Below are positions 14,554 through 26,235 of a DNA stretch of 64,000 nt, piece after piece. The position numbers and the translations under genes are program-made. The stretch is from assembly GCA_010093815.1 (NCBI GenBank), contig ML996575.1; one strand, given 5' to 3'. Within the stretch, counting starts at the first letter, position 1, and every line of letters starts with the position of its first letter. The notes beneath the pieces were generated by a model that was not told the origin of the DNA, did no database searches, and saw only the letters and a list, made by a program, of their open reading frames with translations. Source of the DNA: Pseudovirgaria hyperparasitica. Its lineage: Eukaryota.

Positions 14554-16196
14554 GTGTGAGTTGCTAGGTGGAGCCTGTGATAGCGAATGTGCTTGGGTCG
14601 TATGCAACATGTCCACTCTCGATCCTCAATCTCGCGCGCGACATCAATTCATCTCGCGGATCAGAGCCAGGTAGGTAGCCTGGACGAACGTCAATTCGAA
14701 TCCTGGGCTTGTGTCCGCACTTCTCGAAGTCAAAGCAACATCTCAGTATTAGTAGCACTGCATCCAACGAAACCAAAAGCGCAACTTCAAGCCATATTGT
14801 GCGAACATTACCACAAATTCTCGTACGTTATATGGATGATCCAATCTATACCGAATATATCCCCTAACTAGAGCGAGAACCAACGAAGGACTTTGCGCCA
14901 TTTCAGCAATATCGGAAGGATATTTGTGGGCTTTGGCGTTCCTTTACTGTGTGGATGAATGTTGCAAAGGGTCTGGTATGTGAGTAGTGTTGATGGTTAG
15001 GTGCTTGATCCAAAACACCTTTGAAGATGGGAGAGTTTGAACACTTGTATATCTATCAACGGGCTTTCGGACTTTCCAGAATTTCTGCCGGAACGCTCTG
15101 TTGCACTAATACCGGTTGATAGTATTCCTTCTCGCCTTAGACCATACACCATATGACTACATAACTTCCAGCGCCTCTGACAGAAGATATGTGGCACTTA
15201 AGGTATCAATGCATCCCAATAATCATGGACATCGCGATTCTCAGCCTCGATTCGCCTTGGAGAACCAATTACATCATACATAAGCAAGTATAACGTGTGA
15301 TTCAGAGATGATATGACATATATCTAGTGCTCCATCAAAGACTCGCGTCAGAGTTAGAATGGCTCAGAGATTGAGGGATAGCAGGATAGCAGGTATATGG
15401 CAAGTCGATATCTCAAAGAACTACTTGCTTGTATAATCCATCGAATACAGAGCTATCATCCCTTTCCTTACATTCTATACGCCATAGAGTAGTCCTCGCT
15501 GCATCTCTACTCGTCTTAACTATCATTATCTACCAGGATACTCCTACAGACAACTCATAGTCCTAGCTATCCTCATCTTACTATAGTCTAGTAAATATCA
15601 ATCACTCTATGACGTACGTTACATAGATTGGACCTACCAGACCTGATCCTGGTATACTGGTACTACCTATCCCCAATACTAACGATATCTCCTTCTTGGG
15701 TGTAGACTTGTCTTCTGTCCAACGTGCTTGCTGGGCTTTGTTCTTAGTGGATATATCTATTTTGGGTTTATATACCTTAATGTATGAGTGTGTCGCTGAG
15801 GCATAAATATACGCAATGCATGATGACTGATCGAATAGGCATTTTCAGGTGCACTGTCATGGGACGCAGTGAGAGGAATACTGTTATTCACTGCTTCGAT
15901 GCTTTGTTGCGGCTTTACCTCATCGCCCAATTCCTTCTTCCAATTATGCCCAGACTGCCCTCCTGGCCTTCTCTCTTTCGTATCCTCCACGCTACTCCCC
16001 CTTTCTCTCGGCACCTTCGTGTCGTGCCAACACCTACAACACAATAGACTACAAACCTCAACACGATACACGGTTATTCTGCACTCCCGGTACACGCTAT
16101 GCTATGTACATGGGATATGCAAGTTTATTACGCATGCATGGATTGACTGGCATGTAATATATCTAAAATCATACACTCCAGCCCGACTCCCAACCC

Positions 16197-17307
16197 CTAA
16201 AACGAAGCCGCCTGCGACGCAGGCAGCAACCTCAGCTTCGGCGCGCCCCTCTCCGCCCTCAACCGATTCGTATTCTCCACCGTCGCCCGATCAAACGCCC
16301 ACCACCAATTCTGATAGAACGTCTGACCAATCTCCCATCCCTTATCATCCGCCTCATTGCCCACGATGCGCACAGGGTCGGACTCGTCGTCGATGTGCTG
16401 AATCAGGGTGACCTGGGGCATCTCGCCGCGGGCGACCGGGGGCCGCATGAATTCCGGGAGTGAGAAGCAGCAGATGATTTTTGTGCGGACTTCGGGCCAG
16501 GGGAGCATGTCGAGGACGGGGTGGTGGGGGATGGTTTGCTGGGCTTTCGTGGGCTGCATGCTGGCGGGGAGGTGGGCGAAGATGGGGAGGGAGTCGGAGG
16601 AGAGGGTGCGGGATGCGAAGGGGTCCCAGAGGTTGTCGGTGCAGCCGAGCATGCAGGCGAGCTTGAAGCTGGCGTTGAGGGCGGCGAGGAGGGGGACGTC
16701 GATGTTGCGGTCGTTGCCCATGGGGAAGAGGAAGGTGGAGGTGAAGGGGTCGTCGGGGAGGGTTTCGAGGTCTTTGGTGGTGAGGTCTGGGAAGCCGAGG
16801 GTGGTGAGGTCTTGGGAGGTTGGGTCGAGGGGGAGGGTTTCGGCGTCTTCTATCCAGGCGTCGTCGGGGAGGGGCATGAGGGAGTCGATTAGGATGTTGT
16901 TGTGTTGGATGGAGTGTTGTAGGGTTTGCTGGTTGAGGAAGAGGTCGTCGTTGTTGTTGTATGGAGTGAAGAGTTGAGCATCTTGGTTGGCTATTACACC
17001 ATTGTCGCTCGAACCGGAGTGACTAGGGGCGTATGGTGAGTGAGATGAACTCGATATGCTCTGATCAGAAGGACTGAGAGATGAGCTGTCACGTGTGACG
17101 TTATGCTCTCTCTGTCCCCTGGCCTGGTCTTCAAGTGCCTTTATCTTCTCTCTTCTTCTCTGTCCTAGCACGGTATTAGAGACACTCGAACAAGTTCTGA
17201 CAGTTCAATCATGACGTACGGTATCGACGTTGTGCCAACACATTCAGCACTCGTTTCCTGTCAGGGTCACCCGGAGAGGGTACCTGCTTTTCTCTTGGTG
17301 CTGTCAT
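16197..17307 (-). CDS. bZIP transcription factor with DUF3425-type C-terminal domain
   Basis: ATG 17307; intron 17165-17219 restores the basic region DRKRVLNVLAQRRYRQRRREKIKALE; C-terminal LPASMQPTKAQQTIPHHPVLDMLPWPEVR and WEIGQTFYQNWWWAFD...TNRLRAERG. Confidence 0.9.
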
Positions 17308-17901
17308 GGTATATCATGCAGCCCTATCTCCACAGTAATTCGATGAGCTATGAACACGTTTCGAATTCAAGAATAATAAGACAGCTTGTGTTCACAGTCC
17401 GGGATGACAGACCGAAGGGGAGGATAACATCCAACCTGTGGGGGCCAAACATTGGAAAAGTGGAGCACATAACGTTAAGCGCCAAGAGTAAGGCGGGAAG
17501 GCAGCATCCGATTCTCTGCTCTCACTCTCTGCATCTTCCACTTTCCCATATATCCAGGTCAATGTCTAAGGACTGACGATCAGCGTGCACGTTATGTCTG
17601 ATCAAATAGCTTGTCATGTCAATGGCTGCCTGCAGACGGCGCGTTGAGAGTGCACGTAAGGACTCCTAGTTGCTAATCAGCATAGTAGTCTTTCGCGTTA
17701 TGCTTTCTTACACAGGTTTCGTATATAAGAAAGCTGCCCAGCGACTCTAACAATGCCCATACCAGACCAACTCACTAGCAAGCAAAACATCAACAGCTCT
17801 AAATCTCATTTCAAGGCAAAAGACAACACACCTCCGCACCAAGAACAAACATCCTACTCTCACCCTCCAACCAGTCTACACTCTACCTAATTACACCCAC
17901 C

Positions 17902-18357
17902 ATGTCATCCACCAAATCAGACATGACTCCCACGACCGCCCTCCCATCAACCACAACAAGCACCCCCTCAAAGCTCACCACAAACACCATAAACACCCTT
18001 GCCGTCATGCGCGGCCTTATCGGCATCGGCTCCATGATCGCGCCCATCCCCGTAGGATCACTATTCGGCCTAGGCCGTCTCTCCCCCGGCGGCGCGCTCG
18101 TGATGCGTCTTGCCGGCTCCCGCGATCTCGCCGCTGCGGGCCTGCTCTGGACCGCGAAACAGGACGGCACGACAGAGGTGGAGAAGAGCGAGGTTAGGAG
18201 AGCGCTGTGGGCGGGGATCGCGATTGATGCGATGGACGTGGGCAGTACATTGCTGCTGTTGGGTCAGGGGGGCATCAGGGGGAGGTTTGCGGGGTTGTTT
18301 ATTGCGGGCGGGGTTGGGTTTGTGGGGATGGCGGGGATAGGGTTGAGGGGGATTTGA
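17902..18357 (+). CDS. Small membrane protein, DUF4267-like
   Basis: 151 aa with four hydrophobic segments and RLAGSRDLAAAG and IAIDAMD motifs; TATATAA at about 17723; divergent from the bZIP gene. Confidence 0.75.
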   Translation: MSSTKSDMTPTTALPSTTTSTPSKLTTNTINTLAVMRGLIGIGSMIAPIPVGSLFGLGRLSPGGALVMRLAGSRDLAAAGLLWTAKQDGTTEVEKSEVRRALWAGIAIDAMDVGSTLLLLGQGGIRGRFAGLFIAGGVGFVGMAGIGLRGI

Positions 18358-18668
18358 AGAAGGAGGTGAGATGGGAAGGGGACGGTGTGTGAGAAGTGGA
18401 GAAGGAGTGGGCATGTTGTTTTGGTTGATGTGTAGCATAGCATGGACTTGGAGTAATGGCTAGTTCTACTGTGTGAATTATAGAATTATCTCTACACACT
18501 CACAGTATGCCTGGTAAAGAGCCTACAGCAACACTAGCCTGATACGAATGGGGTATCACGGGAAAAGTCACGTGTCGGATCTGACTCAGCCACCAATCAC
18601 AGCCCTCGCCCCAAACGAAAGAGGAAATCGATTGAAGATTCCATCGTTGAAGACCGGGGAAGTTCAAA

Positions 18669-18718
18669 GGTAACGGTCCCGGACCGTTACCACGCCGAGG
18701 ACCGTTACCATGCCGAGG
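18669..18718. repeat. Compound inverted plus direct repeat of GGACCGTTACC
   Basis: GGTAACGGTCC-C-GGACCGTTACC (18669-18691), overlapping an 18-bp tandem unit GGACCGTTACCAYGCCGA x2 (18681-18716). Confidence 0.85.
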
Positions 18719-21476
18719 TCTGTTTCCTTGTTTCTGCCTAGCAATGAATCTCTTGATTCCAAGGCATCAATCAAGCTTGTTCCAATCACTTCAAGGCTTT
18801 CCCTGTTTTCCGCAAGTTTCCTCGTTGGCAACTATCTATTTTTGGCTTATTATCGTCATCATCACTCATTTCTAGATGGCACGAATGTAGGATCGAGCGA
18901 TGAAACAGGAATAGGACCTGTGCTAATTGTGACTTGATGTACGTGCCTCGAATGAGGCTCTAGGACGATCAGACCGCCGTGCGCCAACACGCAGCTGCAA
19001 GATCAGGCATGTAAAATGATGAGGTGCTGTCGAGACTATCTTGGTGATATCATCAAACCGACTAAATCATGTGTGACGAGATTGTGCTGCGTCAAGCTCC
19101 CATGTCGCAAGACAAAGCTCGTACGATCCATCTGACCGCATTATTGCGCCAGTAATACCAGACGGTATGCAGTACGCAATGTCGTGCACGATTTGACGCA
19201 ATTCCTAGCCAATCTCTTCACTTGACGCAACAGTGACAAGACTACACATTGTACCTAGGAGAAGACGCTTGTCGGAAGTCACTGTAACAAGAACGTCAAA
19301 CATCAAATGGCCACCAGGTTAATAAGAGATCAGGCCAAGTGGAGTAATACCAAACAATTTGGCGCTGTAGGGGCCACGTGAAAGTGTGGCGACCGGGGCT
19401 GTGGCAAGCTCTCTCTCCCCTTGCTCTTTGAGTGGAGAGCTTGTGCAGCTGTGGGTAGGGGAGCTCTCGGCGCAACTCCGTGAAGGTTTGATTTGATTTG
19501 AGGTTGACGATAATTAAATCAGACATCTATGAGCGATCTCATAAAGATGACGGGAGCTGATGCTGGCATTCTTCGCTCTCTACCCTACTGTGCTTCCCGG
19601 AGCGCACTGCGACACGACGCACGGTGTATGACTGAGGCAGCAGATACGAGGAGCTGCTGCTGCATGAGGGATAGTCGTGTGACGGCAGGATGAGTAGTGA
19701 GGAGGATACGATACAAAGCTGCCACTTTTGAAGATGATCAGCTGGCAGTCGGGCAGATACGAGGGTATGAAGGATGTGATAAAGAAAGGATTGGCGGGAC
19801 TGTCCAGATTGTTCACAACGCCGCCCCATGCTCAGTGGGGCTCGCGCCAGCAGTAGACAAAGCTGCTGGAGAACAACATGGCCCAAATGAGTCGAGGTTC
19901 GATTGTGCTGGTTCGGTGGCGTGAGAGATGTTGAACTTTGCCGAGCTCGGTCGACGCGGGTTGGGAGTTGAGGCCGTGCGGAGCAATGGTATTGTGCAGC
20001 ATTATTATTACTGCAGAGCGTATAGGATACATCTGGCACTGTGGCGTCGCCGAGATGCTTTGGGCCCGTATGGCGCGAATGAAGCCAAACTTTGAACTAT
20101 CATAGCCATCATGGAACGGAAAACCCCGCGAACCCTAAAGTCGTCTATCAGCAATGCCAGGATCCACGGCACGACAAGGACGACGACATGACAAGACAAT
20201 GTCAATCAATCATATTATACCATCCATTATCCACCATCCTCCACCATCCGTATCCAGGACAAGGGAAAGGGTCAAGCCTGCTGGATGCTGCGGCTCTGGC
20301 TCTGGACCTCGCTAGGTGCATATCCTTACCCGACCGTGTCATGCCCACGCCCCAGCTCCACCCTCGCATCCAGAAGCTCACGAGCACAAGTATGCTTGTT
20401 TCACATGACAACCTCCGCAGTGCTGAGCGGTATGGTGCTCCTGATCCATGGTCGTGGTCATCGTCGCTCGATGGTCAGTTGCATAGTCGGTGTGACGAAC
20501 GGTCTGTCTTGGGGGCGAAGAAGAGACAGGATGGGGACGAGAGAGCGAGGATGAGGGCGAGGAAGAGGATCGTTGAGAGTGGAAGCTTGCACATATGATA
20601 TGCTATGAACAGCAAGGGGACCGTGTCTGATGTGCAGTGGATGTATGTAATGTATAGTATGTATGTAAGTAGTAGTAGTAATATGTGTAGTATGCACCTA
20701 GTGGAGTGATGGGCAGCTGGTAACTGGACTGGTTATCAACTACTTCTTAGTGAGGTTTAGGTAGGGGCACAGCGACTGGACAAACACCCAACACACTTCT
20801 CACACCAAGAACACCCAGAAGACACAACACCCCGCAATCTAGACTTTCGTCCACTGTTTCTACTCTGCTTCTGGCTTCTGGCGTTTGGGCTTCTGGCGTC
20901 TGGCCTTGGCCACCCAACAATCAGTCGTCGCGAATAATTGAATCAATATCTACCTCTACCGCCATTCACTCCTTCACTTCTCTTTGTCCGATCACTCTCT
21001 CAGCCTTTCCGATCACACATCAACGCCTCATCTTCACTCCGCTGCCTGTCTTGCATGACCGATCCTTAGCATCTCGGTCCCTATCCCTGTCCTGTCCTGG
21101 CCTGTCCTGATCCTTAATACTGGTCGCCCAAGACCTCACAGACCTCGTCGCGAACAAGCAACCTTCCATCTGCATTTGAACACCCACTGCGCACTTGTTC
21201 GATTAAGCTGCTGGAGCTGCTTCTAATACTGCATCCATTTGCTTCTTCTCGCCTTCAAGAGTCCGGAACATGCGTCTACTCGGCTAGGCTTGCTTGATGC
21301 GACCATAAACTACTCCCTGCATCTTCTCCGCTTGTAGCATCCGAAGAGACCGAGCTTGACTGACCATTCAGGAAAACTGCTTCCTGGCTTTTATACAATC
21401 TGCAGTTTAGCTCTGCATACCTTCAAATCTCTCCAAGCTTCACGATATTCCCTCTGTCTGCACAGCTTCATTCGAC

Positions 21477-23336
21477 ATGAGCCAGACATATGCCAATTCG
21501 TCGCTGGCTCAATTCCTCTACGGCTCCGACATTCCTGCTACCACTCAAGCCTCGCGCTCTCAGCGCACGCAGATCCGACGCAATGATTCACAACCACCAG
21601 CACCATTGGGTTACTTCAACGCATTCCAAGCCCGCGCGCGGCCTGTCCTCGATTCTCCACCAACCTACGACAAGTCAGAAAGTATACAACCTCTCGCTAT
21701 TCCTCCTGCAATCGAGCCTCTACCCGAATACTCCGTAACCATACACATGGAAGGACCAATCGGGTTGAAGAATGAGCTGTGCACACCCTTTACACGCTCG
21801 AAGAACAGTCTATGGCAGGACGTCTACGGTGTTCTCTCTGGAACCTCGCTGTCTCTTTACCGCTTGAAGAAGCCTCAGCTATTTGCAAAAAACCGTATTA
21901 TGAGGCCAGGGAGGTTGATAAAATCATATACCCTGCAACATGCCGAGGTTGGAGTGGCAATGGATTTCAAGAAGACCCACCCAATCCCAAAGCATTATTT
22001 GGGTCACCTAATCCCGCCAGCTGCAAGAGACAAGATTAGTAAATCGGATCCTCAGCTTTTTGAGCCCGTCAGAGAACATGTGCTTCGAATACGTCCAGAA
22101 GGTGAACAGATCTTGCTCTGCGCCTCGTCTGCGAAAGAGATGCTGGATTGGGTCGAGGCCATTTGCGCAGCCATGGACATCGCGCCTCCTCTAGAAGACC
22201 GTGCTGAGCCAAGATACAGAAGTCTTCCGCGCCGCTCACGAAGACAGCGTATGCTTGAAGCGCAATTGACAGGGGACATTGAGCAGTTGACTGAGCTTTC
22301 AGCAGGCCGGAGATTCGTCGAAGAGCAGAGGCGCTTGCTCGAACAACTATACCCGAATCTGGCCAATGCGGATGCATCTGAATCTTCATCAGCAGACCTG
22401 GCAGCTTTACAGTTAACACAATCAAATGATCCGGACGCCGACGATCTCGACCCAGCAGACGTGCGAGAAGAAGCATCAACACCGTTTGTTGAAGAGCCCA
22501 TCACGCGACGACACTCCCTCCCCACCGATCTCGCTTCCCACCCTAATACATCAACACGTTCGAACTCCAGTACCTCCACCACAAACGCATCTCACACCAT
22601 CCCGACAATCCATGAGCAGGAACAAGATGAGCAGAGCTCAGAGTCACACCCACGTCTCTCTTTGTCCTCCAACAGTTCCACCACACCGTCAACCCAGTCT
22701 TGCAGTTCCAAACCTACTGCCAGAAGTACACCTTCGGCAGCTCATATTCTCCGCTACCGCAAACGCTGCGCGCCAATACTCCTCGCCAGCTCTCCGCGCA
22801 ACTCCGACATCATATTCAAAGACGGCGCGCGCATGCGCATCATACCCGAAGAAAGCACTCTGATTGCGTACGAGCAACAACCACCAAGATACGAGAGCCA
22901 CCAATTTCCACTGTCCGTAAAACGTATTTCCGAACCGCCGTCTCCAACTACAGATGTTCCTATCGAGCAGGTCCAGAGCAGCACAGAAGGATCATCAATC
23001 AGCCCTTCGTCACGACCTCCGCATCCACCACGCGGCACATCGTCCTGCTCCACGTCCCGCGACAGTGTTGCGTCGTGCAGCGTGTCCAGCGCAGCAGCCA
23101 CGCCGAACGTCGAACGCGAATTGGACTTGACCATCTCCGCCTCCACGCTCGAGCAGACAAGCACGCACGACACCATCACTTCTGTCAAGAAGGATAAGAC
23201 AGTGCCGAGCGGAACCGGAAAGGGACGCAAGACGCGCTACTTTGGCGGTATAAGGCTCAATTTTGCTGAACACATCTCGTCCGACGGCCATGTGGCGGAT
23301 GTCGGTGTGAGCTATCCGTATTCCTGGGGTGGATAA
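21477..23336 (+). CDS. PH-domain-containing protein
   Basis: 619 aa intronless ORF; PH-like block LPEYSVTIHMEG...WQDVYGVLSGTSLSLY...SYTLQHAEVGVAMDF...HVLRIRPEGEQILL...MLDWVEAICAAMDIAPPLEDR; Ser-rich tail. Confidence 0.88.
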   Translation: MSQTYANSSLAQFLYGSDIPATTQASRSQRTQIRRNDSQPPAPLGYFNAFQARARPVLDSPPTYDKSESIQPLAIPPAIEPLPEYSVTIHMEGPIGLKNELCTPFTRSKNSLWQDVYGVLSGTSLSLYRLKKPQLFAKNRIMRPGRLIKSYTLQHAEVGVAMDFKKTHPIPKHYLGHLIPPAARDKISKSDPQLFEPVREHVLRIRPEGEQILLCASSAKEMLDWVEAICAAMDIAPPLEDRAEPRYRSLPRRSRRQRMLEAQLTGDIEQLTELSAGRRFVEEQRRLLEQLYPNLANADASESSSADLAALQLTQSNDPDADDLDPADVREEASTPFVEEPITRRHSLPTDLASHPNTSTRSNSSTSTTNASHTIPTIHEQEQDEQSSESHPRLSLSSNSSTTPSTQSCSSKPTARSTPSAAHILRYRKRCAPILLASSPRNSDIIFKDGARMRIIPEESTLIAYEQQPPRYESHQFPLSVKRISEPPSPTTDVPIEQVQSSTEGSSISPSSRPPHPPRGTSSCSTSRDSVASCSVSSAAATPNVERELDLTISASTLEQTSTHDTITSVKKDKTVPSGTGKGRKTRYFGGIRLNFAEHISSDGHVADVGVSYPYSWGG

Positions 23337-24307
23337 TTTAATGAATGATATAAACGGACACTTTTGAGAGAATTGTTTTTTCTTCCCCGCAGGCCATCTT
23401 GGAGGCCTATGAAGAAGAAGCAAACAAACAAACAAATATACGAATTGTCGGATATTCCCTCGCTGTTTTCCACGACTTCCCTTTTGTCTTTTTGTCTATA
23501 TTCTAATCTTCAGGATCCATTCGGATTTCGAAATGCATCTGTACAAAAAAGTTCGACATGATTGCGTATATACCCTCTTTCTTATTCTGATTCTTCTGAT
23601 TCTTCTCAATCTTTGCATTTTTCATCGTTCAAGGCCACGCTTGTGGGCTTGCTATGGGTCCGACGGCATCTTGAGATCGGACGAAATGGAATGGACTTGA
23701 TGGAAATGGCATTTTTTTGGCTCGTAGCCAGTGGTCAGATTATTGCTGGATGTGATGATTTGAGATTACCATCTTGCATTTGATGAATCGTATCCCTTGC
23801 GCCGTGTTCGTGTGATTTGTTGGTTCGTGCTGTTTCTGCGCTTGTGATGAGAGGGGTTCGGTCGTGGTATTCGAGTTCGCTCATTGCCGATAATTTGATT
23901 CTCGTGTGCGGATTCTCGCCTTGCTGTCTCGGCCATTCCGTCGTTACTGCGTTGTGTCGATGGTGGGTGTTATTCTCGGTAGTCCACATAGATCGTTCTC
24001 GCTGACCTCTTCCATGACTGATATCGCGCGAACCTTGAAAACATCCTAGTCTGGAGCATTTCTGCCCTGCGTGTGCTCATCGTACGGTGGACAATAGTTG
24101 CCTAGATCGAGTCGCATGTAGAGCGGGTATTATGGTCGCAGATCGCACCGTTCCGCAAGATATCTTGCCATGCGAAAACATGCAGAAGACAGCTGCTGTG
24201 AGTGCCACGCCGTCGTTCCGTGCTATACGGCAGCATTCTCGCCCCAGCAAATCTCCCGCCTGCGCCAATCTCTCACGCAATCCTCAATTGCTCATGCCAT
24301 CCCCCTT

Positions 24308-25044
24308 TCACCCACCCAAGCGCTCCTCAACCCCCTCAATATCCACATCCACACCCTTTCCACCCTCTTCGATAATCTCTGCCGCGTGTTCAAGCTCCTT
24401 CACGCGCTCCTCCAGGCCCCTCAGCAGCGCCGCAATCTCTTCTCTCTGGCCCTTGACGTCGTCGAAGAGGGCTTTGTTTGCGGCTTGCACGTCTGCGATC
24501 TCGGTGGTGAGGCTTGAGGCGTGCGTGCTGAGGAAGGGGTGGAGGTGGGCGTGGAAGAGCGTTGAGGGGGAGAGGGTGTGTGGGGGGATTGGGGCGGATG
24601 CGTTGGGTGTGGATGTAGATGTGGATGTGGCAGCGCGGTCTTTGCGTTTGCGTGCGTCGGCGAGGAGGTCGTCGAGGGCGTTGAGCGCGGGCGTGACGTT
24701 TCGCTCCTGAACGATTTTATCGAATTCGGTCTGGTGGGACACAAAGCAACGTCAGTACTGTTACTCCCCGTTTGTTGCCCGTCTTTGACACAGGAATATA
24801 CCTTGCATTGCTCGCCCAGCCTCGCGACAAAGTCTCGATGGAGCGCGTCCAGGTTCTCGGGCTTGTATTTCGCCGTCGTGGGAAAGCAGTCTGCAAAATT
24901 GCTGTAGTTGCATTTCTTGAATGTCGCGTCGAGCGCGTTCGTGAAGATGTTTTGGAGGGCTTGTGCGCGTGGGCCTGGGGCTGTGGCTATGGGAGGTGCG
25001 GTTTCTGGGGATTGGGAGCGTGTGTTTGGGGCTGCGGATGGCAT
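24308..25044 (-). CDS. NNF1: Kinetochore MIND complex subunit Nnf1
   Basis: TAPGPRAQAL...CNYSNFADCFPT, intron 24731-24801, EFDKIVQERNVTPALNALDDLLADARKRK, PPHTLSP and a C-terminal coiled coil. Start 25044 (aaaATG) preferred; 25080 is an alternative. Confidence 0.85.
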
Positions 25045-26235
25045 TTTATTTTTATTTTTGGGAGGTGTTGGTTGTGGCATGCAGGGAGGTGGGTGACGAT
25101 ATTGGGTAGAGGGGGATTCGTTTTGGGAGCGCGGGGCGGATGGAAAGGGCTGCGGAGGGGCTAGGCTGTGTTAGGTATAGCGTTGTGTAGGGAATGACAT
25201 ACTGTTAAGAAATTTTTCGAAGCATCTTTTTTTTCAAACTTACATGATGTCGCCGACGTCTGGGAATGGTGGTGGTATATGTGTCAATGCACGCTTTAGC
25301 TAGTTTCGTGTTTCGTAGCACGCTGTGGCAAGCTTAACACATCGGCCTTCACTTGCTTTCCGTGGAAGCCAGCTCGCATTTTTCAAGTCTCCGAATGAGC
25401 CGTCTCCATGAAATTTGATCAGTTCTCAGGCGACTATGATGTGCATGCTGGCTCATACAGAGCCAAGTCCCTAGAGCTAGTGAAGCTACCTGCTTGCGTC
25501 GTCGAAGGAGGTTCGAAGATGCCAAGTCTGACTATGTAGGATGCTCGCACGATCCAGTAGTCAGACATATAAAAAGACAACCAAAGAAGACCACAACGAA
25601 CAATAGTAGTGCGAAAGCTCTGGCTCATCATGGACCATCTGAGAAAAACTCAGTCCATTATACACACAGAGACACGCTGACTCTGTCAGTGTTCGTCGTA
25701 GATCGACAATTCGCAATCCTCTGGTGCTCCATGTATAATTCTTGCCAACGTATGCAACTAAATTCGGAATCTTCATTCTTCCAGGGACAGGCCCTGTTAT
25801 CTCCATGCGAGGGTATGTGAAAAAATAACTCATATGCCGCACTATATGGTAACTGTAGGGATCATCACCCCGCATACATCCAGCGAGTGGCATTCTAAGG
25901 ACCGAGTTGCATCACGAGCACAAGCAGGGAGAACGCCGGATATGGGGAGCGATGAATAGTTTCATACTATGCCTCTTCAATTCAGTAGCGTCCTTATGAT
26001 CCCGGCTATCCTTCTTACGGTCGCACTGCTCGGGTTGTGATTTGCTGTACTTCCGAATGGTCCCGCTCTGATGGATTCTCCAGACTTTTGGTCTGGGGTA
26101 ACATGGATTCAAAGTGCGTGCATTGTCTGAAGAGAAGACCGATGGTATAAATTGAGGGCATCGCCCTCTGAAATTCCTCTTGATGCTTTCACCCTACTTC
26201 TAGTATCATTGCCACCTTTTACACCCACTATCACT

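Noticed and set aside
25161..25243. Stwintron or recursive splice at ...TTAACAGTATGT
   Set aside because: Removing the putative internal intron does not regenerate a GT donor (preceding base is T), and the branch-like motif abuts the AG.
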